Shown one piece after another: positions 1 to 12,900 of a stretch of DNA of 64,000 nucleotides (positions are counted from its first letter, which is position 1; each line of letters begins with the position of its first letter). Position numbers and translations under genes: made by a program. Below the pieces are notes generated by a model that was not told the DNA's origin, ran no database searches, and saw only the letters and a program-made list of their open reading frames with translations. The DNA comes from Macrostomum lignano (Eukaryota): contig NIVC01001057.1 of the NCBI GenBank assembly GCA_002269645.1, positions 124,001 through 188,000 on the forward strand, written 5' to 3'.

Positions 1-768
1 TCGCTCTATTTATTTGCTTGTTTATTTAAAATTTTCCCAGTCAGTCCAGCCATTCGAATAGTCAAACATATACTGCTTTTTTCTCATTTACCGCTTTTAA
101 TTTAAAAGCATTTTTTCAAATCTGTGCAATGTGTCTTAAAAATTACTTTTTATCATTCTTTATCCCCATGCAGTGCACGCGGTTAGCAACTGTACCTGCA
201 ATCTTTTGAATATTCTTTGAGCCTCAAAACTGAGTGAATAGCACCCAACCAAAGGAGCTCCACGTACGTTGAATCTCTGTGTCCGGATCATTCCACAGTT
301 TTTTGCTCTCTTTCTACTGAATAAAAACTTCTGTGTTGTCAGCGATGGCTGCTGCGCTCGCCGCTGCTCCATCGCCTGTTTTATCCATTTATTTCTCTCT
401 TGGCCTGTTGTTGCAGCCAAAATATTGCTGCCATCGGTTGGCCTACTTATTAGCTTATAACTGAAGTAGTATGCACGGGATATTAATAGATTTTTATCCA
501 AGCCAGGCCGAAAATGTTCGACTTTGTTGATTAAATATCGGCCTGAAGTTTTGTCAGCAAATATTTTTGACCGCCTTGTTTTGCCTTTCTTTATCGACAG
601 CCGTGCGCTGAGCGATGCCGGCTCGTTTCATGCTGCGAATGGGGGAATTCCTCACTTTCTGAATTGCTAAGCGGAGAATTTCTCACTTTATAAATAGGTA
701 ATATCTCACATTCGTAATAAAAATCTCGCGCATGCTGAATCGTTCTAAAAGGGGAATTTCCACCTTCT

Positions 769-972
769 AAATGGAGAATTCCGCACTTGCTGAATGGAGA
801 ATTCTTATCTTTTAAACGGGGAATTTCTCAGCTTGTAAATGGAGAATTCCGCACTTGCTGAATGGAGAATTCTTATCTTTTAAACGGGGAATTTCTCAGC
901 TTGTAAATGGAGAATTCCGCACTTGCTGAATGGAGAATTCTTATCTTTTAAACGGGGAATTTCTCAGCTTGT
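769..972. repeat. 3 x 68-bp tandem repeat
   Basis: aaatggagaattccgcacttgc... recurs at 769, 837, 905 (and partially at 973). Confidence 0.9.
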
Positions 973-1384
973 AAATGGGAATGCTTTACCCTTCTAAATA
1001 GAAAATTTCGGCCTTGCTAGATAGGGGAATTCCTTAATTCCTAAATTTGCTAAGCGGGAGAACTTCTCACTTCTTAAATGTTAAAATTGTTCAACTGACT
1101 CAATGTCTGCTGATTCGAGGGAATCCCCTTGCAGATTAGGGAATATTGGGAGTACCCCACTTGAAAACAGAAACACGAACTCCAAGAACACTTTTAGTTG
1201 CATTTACTCTGCAAACAAAGTCGTACTTACAGGAACCCCGGCAACGGGAGACCTGCTTGAACCTACTTTTAGTAGCCAATGCTTTCCACACTCGATAATC
1301 AAAGCGTATAGCAACTACCAGAGTCTGTAAGCATGGTGAATGTAATTTCTATGCGTCTATGATTAAACAGTTAAATAACTAATC

Positions 1385-1618
1385 AGAGAGAGTCAGCAAT
1401 CAGAGAGAGTCAACATCAGAGGGAGTCAGCATCAGAGAGAGTCAGCATCAGAGAGAGTCAGCATCAGAGAGAGTCAGCATCAGAGAGAGTCAGCATCAGA
1501 GAGTCAGCATCAGAGAGTCAGCATCAGAGAGAGTCAGCATCAGAGAGAGTCAGCATCAGAGATAGTCAGCATCAGAGAGAGTCAGCTTCAGAGAGAGTCA
1601 GCTTCAGAGAGTCAGCAG
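1385..1618. repeat. 14-16-bp minisatellite (agagagagtcagcatc)n
   Basis: Direct inspection; lies downstream of the VGAT stop. Confidence 0.9.
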
Positions 1619-1674
1619 AGCCGTGACCCCAGCCCAAACCACAGATCCGATCACGCAGTTGTCGCTGCCGCAGC

Positions 1675-4600
1675 TCAGGCCCTGGTGTAGGCGAAGGGGA
1701 TGCTGGAGTTCGCCTGCTGCTTGCCGGTCATCTTGGCGTGCAGCGCGTAGCCGCTGATAAACATGCCGACGCTGCCGCACAGCACGCCAACGGCGATGAT
1801 GAAGGCGTCGAACAGCCGGGTGTACAGCGGGCTGGCGTGCCGCTTCAGCACCAGGTGGAAGTAGGCGGGCCACACGAAGGACAGCATGGTGCCGGTGAAG
1901 CTGCCGATCAGGCCGCACAGCAGGGCGAAGTGCGGCACGGTGATGGCCACCACAAAGGTGAACAGCACCAGCAGGGCCCGCGGCAGCACCGCCCAGCACT
2001 TGAACTCCCGCTTCTCGTTCCAGCAGCTGGGCAGCGGCCGGCCCGTGAAGAGGCTGTTTTCCAGGAAACTGGCAGCTGCGAAGTAGGGCAGCGGGTAAGA
2101 GAAGAGCGCCTTCAGCGCCAGCGCGATGTTCACCGACACCCGCAGCGGCACATTCGTCAGGTTGTTGGTGATCTCCTCCTTTGTGCTGTCGGCGAAGGTC
2201 ACGAAGCCGATGTAGCCGAACAGGGCCTTGAAGATGGCCGACAGCAGGTGCGTCCAGTTCATCATGCAGGCAAAGCGGCGCTTGTCGATCAGGCTGCCCT
2301 CCAGCGTCGGCAGAAAGATGTGCGACGTGTAGGAGAACACAATGATGCCCAGCGAGATGGGGAATGTATAGATGTCTATGTGGAACTGCACCTGTGGGAT
2401 GGGGAATGTGCAGATGTCTAAGTGAAACTGGGGAATGTGCAGATGTCCATTATAAAAATGGGGAATGTGCAGATGTCTATGTAAAAACTAGGTAATGTGC
2501 AGATATCTATGTAAAAACTAAGAAAAGCGCAGATGTCTATGTAAAAACTAAGGGAATGTGCACGCCAGGGGTTAGCGAAATGGGCGGCAACGCCTCCTTG
2601 CTGTTTCCGGACGCACGGAGCCCCCTGCAGCTAAGTCAAGCTAAGTCAAGGGAATGTGCAGATGTCTATGTAAAAGCTGGGGAATGTGCAGATGTCTACT
2701 TAAAAGCTGGGGAATGTGCAGATGTCTATGTATAAAACTGGGGAATGTGCAGATGTCTATGCATAAAACTGGGGAATGTGCAGATGTCTATGCATAAAAC
2801 TGGGGAATGTGCAGTTGTCTATGTATAAAACTGGGGAATGTGCAGTTGTCTACTTAAAAGCTGGGGAATGTGCAATTGTCTATTTAAAAGCTGGGGAATG
2901 TGCAGATGTCTATGTAAAAGCTGGAGAATGTGCAGATGGTACTATCAGTAGTCAGCTGGCCTCACCTTGGCGGGCTGCCAGTCGGCGGTGCGGGTGAGGC
3001 AGTAGACGATGATGATGCCGTTGATGATGACGTGGGTGACGGTGTTCCAGAAGGAGATGAGGCTCACGTGCCGCAGCGAGGTGAGCGCGGCGCACGGCAG
3101 CAGGCAGACGAAGCTGACGCTGACCCAGAAGGTCTTGCTGAGCCCGGCCCCGGGGAAGCAGAAGTACATCAGGTCACCGCACAGCACCAGGTAGAGAATG
3201 CAGGTCATCAGCGCCTCCGTGATGGCCGCCGCGTTCACCACCTGGCCGCCCAGCTGGCCGCGGAACACGAACTCGGCGATCTCCCGGTAGCTTCCGCGCA
3301 CGCGGACGCCGTTCTCGTACAGGCAGTCCACCAGCACGCGGCCCGTGTAGCAGCAGACGAAGGCCACGAAGACGATGCCCAGCACCGACCAGTAGCCGCC
3401 GTGCATCACCGCATACGGCAGGCTGACCAGGAACATCCCCTGTGGGCGGTTCGGAATCTCACTCGGAATCTCACTCAGATTCTCACACTGAATCTCACTC
3501 CGAATCTCATTCCGAATCTCACTCGGATTCTCACTCGGAATCTCACTCAGATTCTCACTCCGAATCTCACTCAGATTCTCACTCAGATTCTCACTCCGAA
3601 TCTCACTCCGAATCTCATTCCGAATCTCACTCAGATTCTCAAACGGAATCTCACTCATAATCTCGTCTGGACTCCCTCTTGGAGCCTCACTCGGAATACC
3701 ACCCTGAATCTCACATGAAATCTCACCAGGAACAGGAATCTCACCTGGAATATTATCTAGAATCTTACGAGTACCTGGAATCTCACCCGAAGTCTCACCC
3801 GGATCCTCATTATAGAGAAACCATAAGAAAACGTTAGAGTTAAATCGCAATCTCACTCGGAATCTCACTCGGAATCTCACCTACTCGAATTCCGATCCCC
3901 AAGCTCATCTCTGCCTTCCCATTATTTGGGAAAACTCAGAATCCTCAGCCTTTTCTCTTCAAGCACCCCAGCAGGCGCTGAACTCAAGTTTCTAATCAAT
4001 CCCCGCCCTCTGCAGATTCCTGAAGGTCCGGCCTGTCCGATCCGTCACCGGCCGAGGCGCCATCCGCCATCCATCTCCCCTCCGATCAGCAGCCCCTGCT
4101 AGACTGGCCGCCGGACGTGAGCAGCATCCCCCAGCCTCCCCAATCAGCTGCCCGGTGATCGATGAGGCACTTGGTGTCCGCACTTCCTCAGGCGTGGCGC
4201 GAACACTGGCAGCACCTGGCCACCTCTGCTCCGGCTGGAAGATGGGATCTTATCTCCTCTTGAAAATCCCCTCTTAAACTCGATTCCCCATCGAGCTGCG
4301 CTGCCGACTCCACCGCCCCTCCCGAGGCTCCCATCAGGATTTAAGCGACAGGGGATTTCTAATTGAAAGTAATGATTGATAAATCAATTCCCCAGGGGCA
4401 CCCGGGGCAGCGCAGATAAGCACAGCCGATGGATGCGAAGGGGATCAAATCTGGAGAACGGGAGAGATGAGGCAGAGACGAAGCGAGGCAAACGCAAGGG
4501 GAATCAAGCGGGGCAGCAACAAAGGATCTGCCGGGCTGCACAGCGGCAGCAGGTGGCCTGGGGCCGGCCGAGTTCTCAATATCCGCGAATAAGGGAGGCT

Positions 4601-5953
4601 GAGGGGAGATGAAGAGAGCTGAGGGATTTCTCTGAGCCGAGCCCGCGGGGTGAGGCTGGCTCGATTTCGACACATTCTTGTTTGCGGGGGCTGCGGCGCC
4701 CCCCCCCTCGCTGAAGTGTTTGCTCTGTTTCGAACTCTTGCCAGACTCTGAGCTCTTTGAGAAGCAATTTCTTGTTGCTAGCGAAGACCTCGGACCGGCT
4801 CAAGCAGACAGGGAACTGCCATTTCCGGCTGGGATTTCGGGGAGCACGCGAATCCGCCATCAATGAGAGGCCGTCAGCCTGGTCTGAGAAACAGAGAAAG
4901 TTTGCAGAGGGAAGCTGAGGGGTGGCTCAGTTTGGGCCGATTCTCACCTCCGCCGCGCCTGCTTGCATTATTAATTAGCAGTTTGCGCGACAGTTCCCAT
5001 CCCGATCAAAGTCCCCATGGACTCAAATCCTCTTTTTTATGAGTAGCTGCAGCAGCCTCTCTTCTCAACCGGGATGGCACAGTTTCCCAAACTATTAAAT
5101 TCCACTCTAACGAGCAGTTGAAAGCTTGACGCAGCTCAGCGGGGAGTCTGCGGGACTGATGAGGCTCCCCGATTGCTAACTGCAGCGGAAGCTGACCGGC
5201 ACCTGGTGGCTGGGCGAGATAAAAAACAACTTTAATTATCTTCTAGTTCTCTGAGAAGCTGATGATGCCGATTGGCTCCGAAGGTAGGGGGGGTCTTCAA
5301 GCTGCCAGGTGGTCAACTTATAAATCAATCAATTTTTGCAATCAGTGGGTGACACCAGAATAACTTGCTCTGCAGAGACTTCCCCTGGCAACGCTGTGAG
5401 CACGAAATAACCATCAATACAACCAATGCAGTCTTTGAAGACAGTTCCGTGTGCTAGTAGCACTGTATGACTGTAAGACTGTAAGGCTGTAAGGCTGTAA
5501 GACTGTAAGACTGTATGACTGTAAGACTGTAAGACTGTATGACTGTAAGACTGTATGACTGTATGACTGTAACACTGTATGACTGTAAGACTGTATGACT
5601 GTAAATCGTCACATTTTTGCTACAGCTGGTAGCTGTACCTTCTCACCAGCACAGCGGGGGGGGCTCACCTGAATGGCGTTGGTGACGTTCCAGCCGGCCT
5701 GCCACTCGTTGATCTGGTCTCGCCCCGAGCCGCCCGCCGTGAACTCGCCGTCGTCACCGCCAGCCCGACCGTCGACCGCGCCGTCGTCGGCCTCCTCCAC
5801 GAAGCGGTGAAATCCCTGCAGGCTGTCCGTCGCGCCGCCGCCGCTGCCGGCACCGCAGCTGCCGCTTCCGCTGCCGTCCTCAGGCAGCTTCGGCCTGGTC
5901 AGGAAAGTCCGCAGACGCTGCTGCGGCACCGAGTGAGAGCCGTAGCCGCTCAT
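1675..5953 (-). CDS. SLC32A1: Vesicular inhibitory amino acid (GABA/glycine) transporter, 3 exons: 5953-5669, 3439-2966, 2391-1675 (~491 aa)
   Basis: The exons join in phase 0 through GT-AG introns: ...WNVTNAIQ|GMFLVSLPYAVMHGGYW...WQPAK|VQFHIDIYTFPISLGIIVFSYTSHIFLPTLEG. These are hallmark VGAT/VIAAT/unc-47 motifs. Confidence 0.95.
2395..2937. repeat. ~30-bp minisatellite (ggggaatgtgcagatgtctatgtaaaact)n filling VGAT intron 2
   Basis: Direct inspection; interrupted by ~90 bp of unique sequence at about 2562-2650. Confidence 0.9.
3450..3885. repeat. 12-bp minisatellite (gaatctcactcg)n in VGAT intron 1
   Basis: Direct inspection. Confidence 0.85.
5463..5603. repeat. 8-bp repeat (ctgtaaga/ctgtatga)n in VGAT intron 1
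   Basis: Direct inspection. Confidence 0.9.
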
Positions 5954-6292
5954 TGCCGCTGCATCGAATTCTGGGGGGCTGGGGACTCGCTCGAGCTGGC
6001 GCGCCGGGGCAGCTGCTCAATTTAATTTGAGTCCCGCCTGCCTCACCCCACCCTGCAGGCTCCGGCCAATGGGGGCGACTGACCTCCCCTCCTCGCAAAT
6101 CTGACCATCGCCTGCGGGGCTGCGAGCCGCTGCAAATGCGGTTCCCGTGTTGACCCCCTCCGCAGCTGTCCGAGTTCCCGCCGGACACTTGGCCGGGAAG
6201 AATTTTGATCCGCATGATGCCTGATTGTTTGATTGACACTGGCCAGGGCTGGGCCGATAGCCCCATCGGCCCCTCGGGGAAAATGCCGCTTG

Positions 6293-7560
6293 ACATCTGA
6301 CACATTCATCTGACACATTCATCTGACACATCCATCTGACACATCCATCTGACACATCCATCTGACACATCCATCTGACACATTCATCTGACACATCCAT
6401 CTGACACATTCATCTGACACATCCATCTGACACATCTATCTGACACATCTATCTGACACATCTATCTGACACATCCATCTGACACATCCATCTGACACAT
6501 CCATCTGACACATCCACCTGACACATCCATCTGACACATCCATCTGACACATCCATCTGACACATCCACCTGACACATCCATCTGACACATCTATCTGAC
6601 ACATCCATCTGACACATCTATCTGACACATCCATCTGACACATTCATCTGACACATCCATCTGACACATCCATCTGACACATCCATCTGACACATCCATC
6701 TGACACATCCAACTGACACATTCATCTGACACATCCATCCGACACATTCATATTACACATCCAACTGACACATCTATCTGACACATTCATCTGACACATC
6801 CATCTGACACATTTATCTGACACATCCAACTGACACATCCATCTGACACATCCATCTGACACATCCAACTGACACATTCATCTGACACATTCATCTGACA
6901 CATTCATATTACACAGGAATATGACACATCCATCTGACACATTTATCTGACACATCCATCTGACACATCCAACTGACACATCCATCTGACACATCCATCT
7001 GACACATCCATCTGACACATCCATCTGACACATTCATCTGACACATCCATCTTACACAGGAATATGACACATCCATCTGATACATCAATCTGAGACATCC
7101 ATCTGACACATTCATCTGACACATCCACCTGACACATCCACCTGACACATCCATCTGACACATCCATCTGACACATCCATCTTACACATCCACCTGACAC
7201 ATCCATCTGACACATCCACCTGACACATCCATCTGACACATCCATCTGACACATCCACCTGACACATCCATCTGACACATCCATCTGACACATCCACCTG
7301 ACACATCCATCTGACACATCCATCTGACACATCCATCTTACATAGGAATATGACACATCCATCTGACACATCAATCTGAGACATCCATCTGACACATCCA
7401 TCTGTTACATCAATCTGAGACATCCATCTGACATATCTTACACATCCTTCTGACACATTCACCTGACTGACGCAAAGCTGACGCCTAGCGTGATACGAGC
7501 ACTTAAAATACAGAAATCTGACACACACAACTGACACCCAACAGCGGCATCTGACACTAG
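6293..7560. repeat. 13-bp minisatellite (catctgacacatc)n
   Basis: 13-aa periodicity in the overlapping spurious ORFs. Confidence 0.95.
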
Positions 7561-7821
7561 CACCTGACACAAACCCCCTGACACCAGCACTTCGCAAATG
7601 ACTTTATGAAAATACAGGAAAAGCAAAAACGTCAACTAGAAAAAAGTTCTTCATTCCAAAAAAAAATTGTTTGTCAATCCATTGTTTTTGAGTTTTATTA
7701 GCTGAAAAATTCAAACTTTACTGTCGTAGTTCAAAAATAAAGATAGAAGTTTTCCCAGCTGGGCGCTGCAAGTAGTAACAAAGGCACTTAAAGGTAAACA
7801 TCCGTATTCAGTCTGTTGAAT

Positions 7822-8056
7822 CTGTCAGTGAATGTGTCATTGAACGTCAGTAAATGTGTCAGACAATGTGAAAGTGAATGCGTCAGTGGATGTGTCAGTG
7901 GATGTGTCAGTGAATGTGTCAGTGAATGTGTCAGTGAATGTGTCAGTGGATGTGTCAGTGAATGTGTCAGTGAATGTGTCAGTAGATGTGTAAGTGAATG
8001 TGTCAGTGAATGTGTCAGTGAATGTGTCAGTGAATGTGTCAGTGAATGTGTCAGTG
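7822..8056. repeat. 12-bp minisatellite (aatgtgtcagtg)n
   Basis: Direct inspection; begins at the stop codon of the 8051-8599 ORF. Confidence 0.95.
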
Positions 8057-8599
8057 GATAATCTTTCTGTCGCATTCCTCAGCCAGCTCGTGCAGGATTT
8101 TCTTGTCATAGAAGTAGTTCTCGGTGCGGAAGGCCTCGAGGCCGCAGGCTTTGACGGTCCTGACGGCCGGCCTGTAGACGCTGAAGCCGGCGCAGCTGCC
8201 GGCAAACTCGAGCACCCGCAGCTGCACGTCGGTCTCCCGACAATAGAAGTCCATGAGGCTGATCTTGATGCTGTTGGGCTTGTCCGACACGCACTGGTTG
8301 GTGTGGTAGTCCGGCTTCAGCAGGCTGGGGTCGGAGACCTCGCATTGGCGCACCGGGCAGACGCGCCTGGCGTTGCCGGCCTGGTCGCAGGTGCACCGAG
8401 TCACGGTGGCGTTGCCGGGCCCTGGCAGCCGCAGGGACAGCGCGCCGCCCTCTCGCAGATGGTGCGCCAGTTCGGGACAGAGGCGGGTCACCAGCAGCTC
8501 CGGACTCTCCGTTGGCTGGGCATCTGCAGCCGTCAGCAGAAGCAGAAGACAGCAGCAGACGCGGCTGAATGAGGATGAAGCGAGGTCTGAGAGCGACAT
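8051..8599 (-). CDS. Secreted cysteine-rich protein of unknown family (~182 aa, apparently single exon)
   Basis: GC-rich ORF with signal-peptide-like N-terminus (VCCCLLLLLTAADA|QP), 10 Cys in the mature part and an NAT sequon. AATAAA lies downstream on the minus strand at about 7694-7699. Confidence 0.7.
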   Translation of the reverse strand: MSLSDLASSSFSRVCCCLLLLLTAADAQPTESPELLVTRLCPELAHHLREGGALSLRLPGPGNATVTRCTCDQAGNARRVCPVRQCEVSDPSLLKPDYHTNQCVSDKPNSIKISLMDFYCRETDVQLRVLEFAGSCAGFSVYRPAVRTVKACGLEAFRTENYFYDKKILHELAEECDRKIIH

Positions 8600-9109
8600 G
8601 TTGCCCGTGGTTCTGTGGCCGCCTGGCTTGAAGAGGGACATCCGACTAGCGCATATTTTATAACAGTTGAGATGTCAGCTCTGCGGCCAATTAGACAGAA
8701 CTGAGAGCCATGGAGCTCTGGCCCTAGAATATGGACAGGCAGCTGCAAGCTGTTGTGCGAATGGCGGGTCTCCATGAATGAAGAGAAGCGTCACCCCGCC
8801 CCTGCCCTCCGTCCCTCACTGTCTGCATCGCGAGACGATAAAAAACGAAAACAGAAGGGGCTGCTTTGTGCTTTTGACAAACAAAGCGTGGGAGTTACTC
8901 CGGGACAGTCTTGCTACTGTTTGCTCTAGCAGAAGCCTGCGAATGCAGAGGCACAAATACCCGAAACAGGCCCGTACGTAACGAAAACTTACGGCTCAGG
9001 CTCATGCAGACACACAGAATTCCAGCAGTAGGCAGACACGGCGCAGGCATGCCCTGACTGGCATCAGCTGAGCTCATAAATACGCACAAATGCATAATAC
9101 AGTGCCACA

Positions 9110-9770
9110 TATTCACAAAGATTTACACAGACTCACGCAGATTCACTTTGATTCACAGACTCACCCAGGCTCACCCAGACTCACAAAGATTCACACAGAC
9201 TCAGATAGACTCACACAGACCCACCCAGACTCACACAGACTCACTTTGATTCACAGACTCACCCAGACTCACCCAGACTCACACAGACTCACACAGACTC
9301 ACACAGACTCACACAGACTCACACAGACTCACAAAGATTCACACAGACTCACACAGACTCACACAGACTCACACAGACTCACCCAGACTCACAAAGATTC
9401 ACACAGACTCAGACAGACTCACACAGACCCACCCAGACTCACACAGACTCACTTTGATTCACAGACTCACACAGACTCACTTTGATTCACAGACTCACAC
9501 AGACTCACACAGACTCACACAGACTCACAAAGATTCACACAGACTCACAAAGATTCACACAGACTCACACAGACTCACACAGACTCACACAGATTCACAA
9601 AGATTCACACAGACTCACACAGACTCATACACAAAGATTCACAGACTCACACAGACTCACACAGACTCACAAAGACTCACAAAGATTCACGCACTCACAC
9701 AGACTCACACAGACTCACGCAGACTCACGCAGACTCACACAGACTCAAATAGACTCAGCTGGATGAAAAT
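9110..9770. repeat. 10-bp minisatellite (cacacagact)n
   Basis: Direct inspection. Confidence 0.9.
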
Positions 9771-9958
9771 GAATAAAGCGAGTCCAGGTGAATTCAACGC
9801 AGTTTTGCTAGAAAGCTTAACAAGTGTTGCCGGGTGTTGCCCATTCGTGGCTCTCATGCCAGGCTCAGAGACCGCATGGTGTCATCAGTAAACTGCCATG
9901 AATAAACAGCGCAATTTCAAAGTTCAAAGTTCAACGACGGCCGACCAACTCCAGCGAA

Positions 9959-12900
9959 TCACTTCGCTGCCCGCCTGTGGAAGATGATCTGGTGCTTGCC
10001 AGGTGCGTGCACCAGCCCGGCCGAGCCCACTTCGATGTCTTTGAGGTCTTTGTAGCAGTCCTTGTGCAGCTCCACCCGGTAGGCCTGGAAGATGCCGGAC
10101 AGGAAGAGGAACAGCTCCTGGCGGGCCAGGCTCTCGCCCAGGCAGGCCCGCTTCCCGATGGAGAAGGGCACGAGGAACTCGCTGGTCTCGTACTCGCCGC
10201 TGGAGTTGATGAAGCGCTCGGGCCGGAACTGCTCGGGCTGGTCCCACAGCTCGGGGTCGTGGTGCACTCCGTACAGGTTCACCATGATCAGGTCGTTTGA
10301 GGAGATGTCGTAGCCCTGGTTATGTGTGGGGCGTTCCAGGATGCGGAGCTTCCGTATTAAGCGCTATAAGAGCGGTCACAGCCCGCCACACACAAACCAG
10401 AGCGGTCACAGCCCGCCACACACAAACCAGAGCGGTCACAGCCCGCCACACACAAACCAGAGCGGTCACAGCCCGCCACACACAAACCAGAGCGGTCACA
10501 GCCCGCCACACACAAACCAGAGCGGTCACAGCCCGCCACACACAAACCAGAGCGGTCACAGCCCGCCACACACAAACCAGAGCGGTCACAGCCCGCCACA
10601 CACAAACCAGAGTGGTCACAGCCCGCCACACACAAACCAGAGCGGTCACAGCCCGCCACACACAAACCAGAGCGGTCACAGCCCGCTACACACAAACCAG
10701 AGCGGTCACAGCCCGCCACACACAAACCAGAGTGGTCACAGCCCGCCACACACAAACCAGAGCGGTCACAGCCCGCCACACACAAACCAGAGCGGTCACA
10801 GCCCGCCACACACAAACCAGAGCGGTCACAGCCCGCCACACACAAACCAGAGCGGTCACAGCCCGCCACACACAAACCAGAGCGGTCACAGCCCGCCACA
10901 CTCCAACCCGAGCGGTCACAGCCCGCCACACCAAACCAGAGCGGTCACAGCCCGCAACACACCAAACCAGTGCGGTCACAGCCCGCCACACACCAAACCA
11001 AAGCGGTCACAGCCCGCAACACATCAAACCAGTGCGGTCACAGCCCGCCACACTCCAAACCAGAGCGGTCACAACCCGCCACAAACCTTGAACCTGATGT
11101 CGCGCGTGCACCGGTGGCCGACGGAGAAGGGCGCCAGCGTGGAGTACCGCTGCACCTCATCGATGAAGGCCATGGTGAAGTGCATGGCCTTCTTGTCCCT
11201 GTAGACGGGCAGGCGGCTGTTGCCTGTGGCGGCCTCCACTTCAGCGGCGATGCGGTCCTGGCACTCCGGGTGCAGGGCGGCGTACAGCAGGGCCCAGCGG
11301 ATGGTGTTGGAGGTCGTGTCGGTGCCGGCGATGAACAGCTCCGTGAGGGTGCGGACCAGCTGGAAGTCATCAAAGCTGTGGTCCTGCGAGTGATTGACAG
11401 GTGCGCTGTTGCGTGTTGTGCTGCTGCAGCCAGTGAAAGTTCAAGCAGAGATGTAGGAATAAATATCATAAATTGTAGAATAATAGTAGCTAGATTAGCA
11501 ATCCATTGGCTAGATTAGCAATCCATTGGCTAGATTAGCAATCCTGTGGCTAGATTAGCAAGCCATTGGCTAATTAGCAATCCATTGGCAAGATTAGCGA
11601 TCCATTGACTAGATTAGCAATCCATTGACTAGATTAGCAATCCATTGACTAGATTAGCAATCCATTGACTAGATTAGCAATCCATTGACCAGATTAGCGA
11701 TCCATAGGCTAGATTAGCAATCCATTGACTAGATTAGCAATCCATTGACTAGATTAGCAATCCATTGACTAGATTAGCAATCCATTGACTAGATTAGCAA
11801 TCCATTGACTAGATTAGCAATCCATTGACTAGATTAGCAATCCATTGACTAGATTAGCAATCCATTGACTAGATTAGCAATCCATTGACCAGATTAGCGA
11901 TCCATAGGCTAGATTAGCAATTCATTGACTAGATTAGCAATCCATTGACTAGATTAGCAATCCATTGACTAGATTAGCAATCCATTGACTAGATTAGCAA
12001 TCCATTGACTAGATTAGCAATCCATTGACTAGATTAGCAATCCATTGACCAGATTAGCGATCCATAGGCTAGATTAGCAATCCATTGACTAGATTAGCAA
12101 TCGAGTGGCTAGAATAGCAATCAATTAACTAGACTAGCAATCCATAGCCAAGATCAACCAGCCGGGCACTCACCGAGCGCTTTGAGTTCAGCCGCTGCTG
12201 CTCCAGCAGGAAGGCATCCAGGAAGTCGGCGGGCTCGCTGACCTCGGCCAGGTTGCGGCGGTGCCTGTCGATCTGGTCCCGGCAGAACCGGTGCGTCACC
12301 TCAATATTCCTCTTGAACACGAAGACGTCAACGCCGATGAGCTGCAGCAGCCGCATGAAGCCGGGGATGCTGTACAGCCCCGGAAAGGCCGTCGGGATGA
12401 AGCGGCCAATGTTGTTGCCTTGCAGATTCTCCTGGGAGGCCAGCATGAAGTCCGTGAAGCCCTCGTCCTGCGTGCCGGCCCGGTAGTTGAAGAGCAGCAC
12501 GCTGATGACGTTGGCGATGGCCCGCGGCACGAGCTCGGCGGGCTCCGCGTCCAGCGTCTGCTGCAGCTCGGCGAGCTCGGCGTGGATGGCCTCCTCAGTG
12601 CCGCTGCGGGCGAAGCCGAAGTCCCGCAGCACTTTGAGCGCGAAGCGGCGGTGCTCGCGCCAGAGCTCCCCCTCGGCCGACACGATGCCCTTGCCGTGGG
12701 TCATGCTGAGGATGAAGGGCGAGTTGATCCGGCCGGAGAACACCTCGGCCCACTCCGGGCTTGTCAGGGCCTCCTTGATGACCGCGTAGCTGTTCAGGAT
12801 GACGAACCGGCGCGAGCCGAAGGTGAAGCTGACAAGGTCGCCGTACTGGCGGCGCCATTTGCTGTGCGCCACCAGGAAGGTGGGCCGCTCCAGGTTGAAC

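Noticed and set aside
1103-1330. ORF containing KVVLTGTP, reminiscent of SNF2 helicase motif III
   Set aside because: It is an isolated short motif in an AT-rich ORF with no other helicase motifs or supporting exons.
1738-3718. Plus-strand ORFs overlapping VGAT; similar antisense or alternate-frame ORFs over both P450s, UBE2N and 7994-8572
   Set aside because: Shadow ORFs caused by high GC3 codon bias of the real genes.
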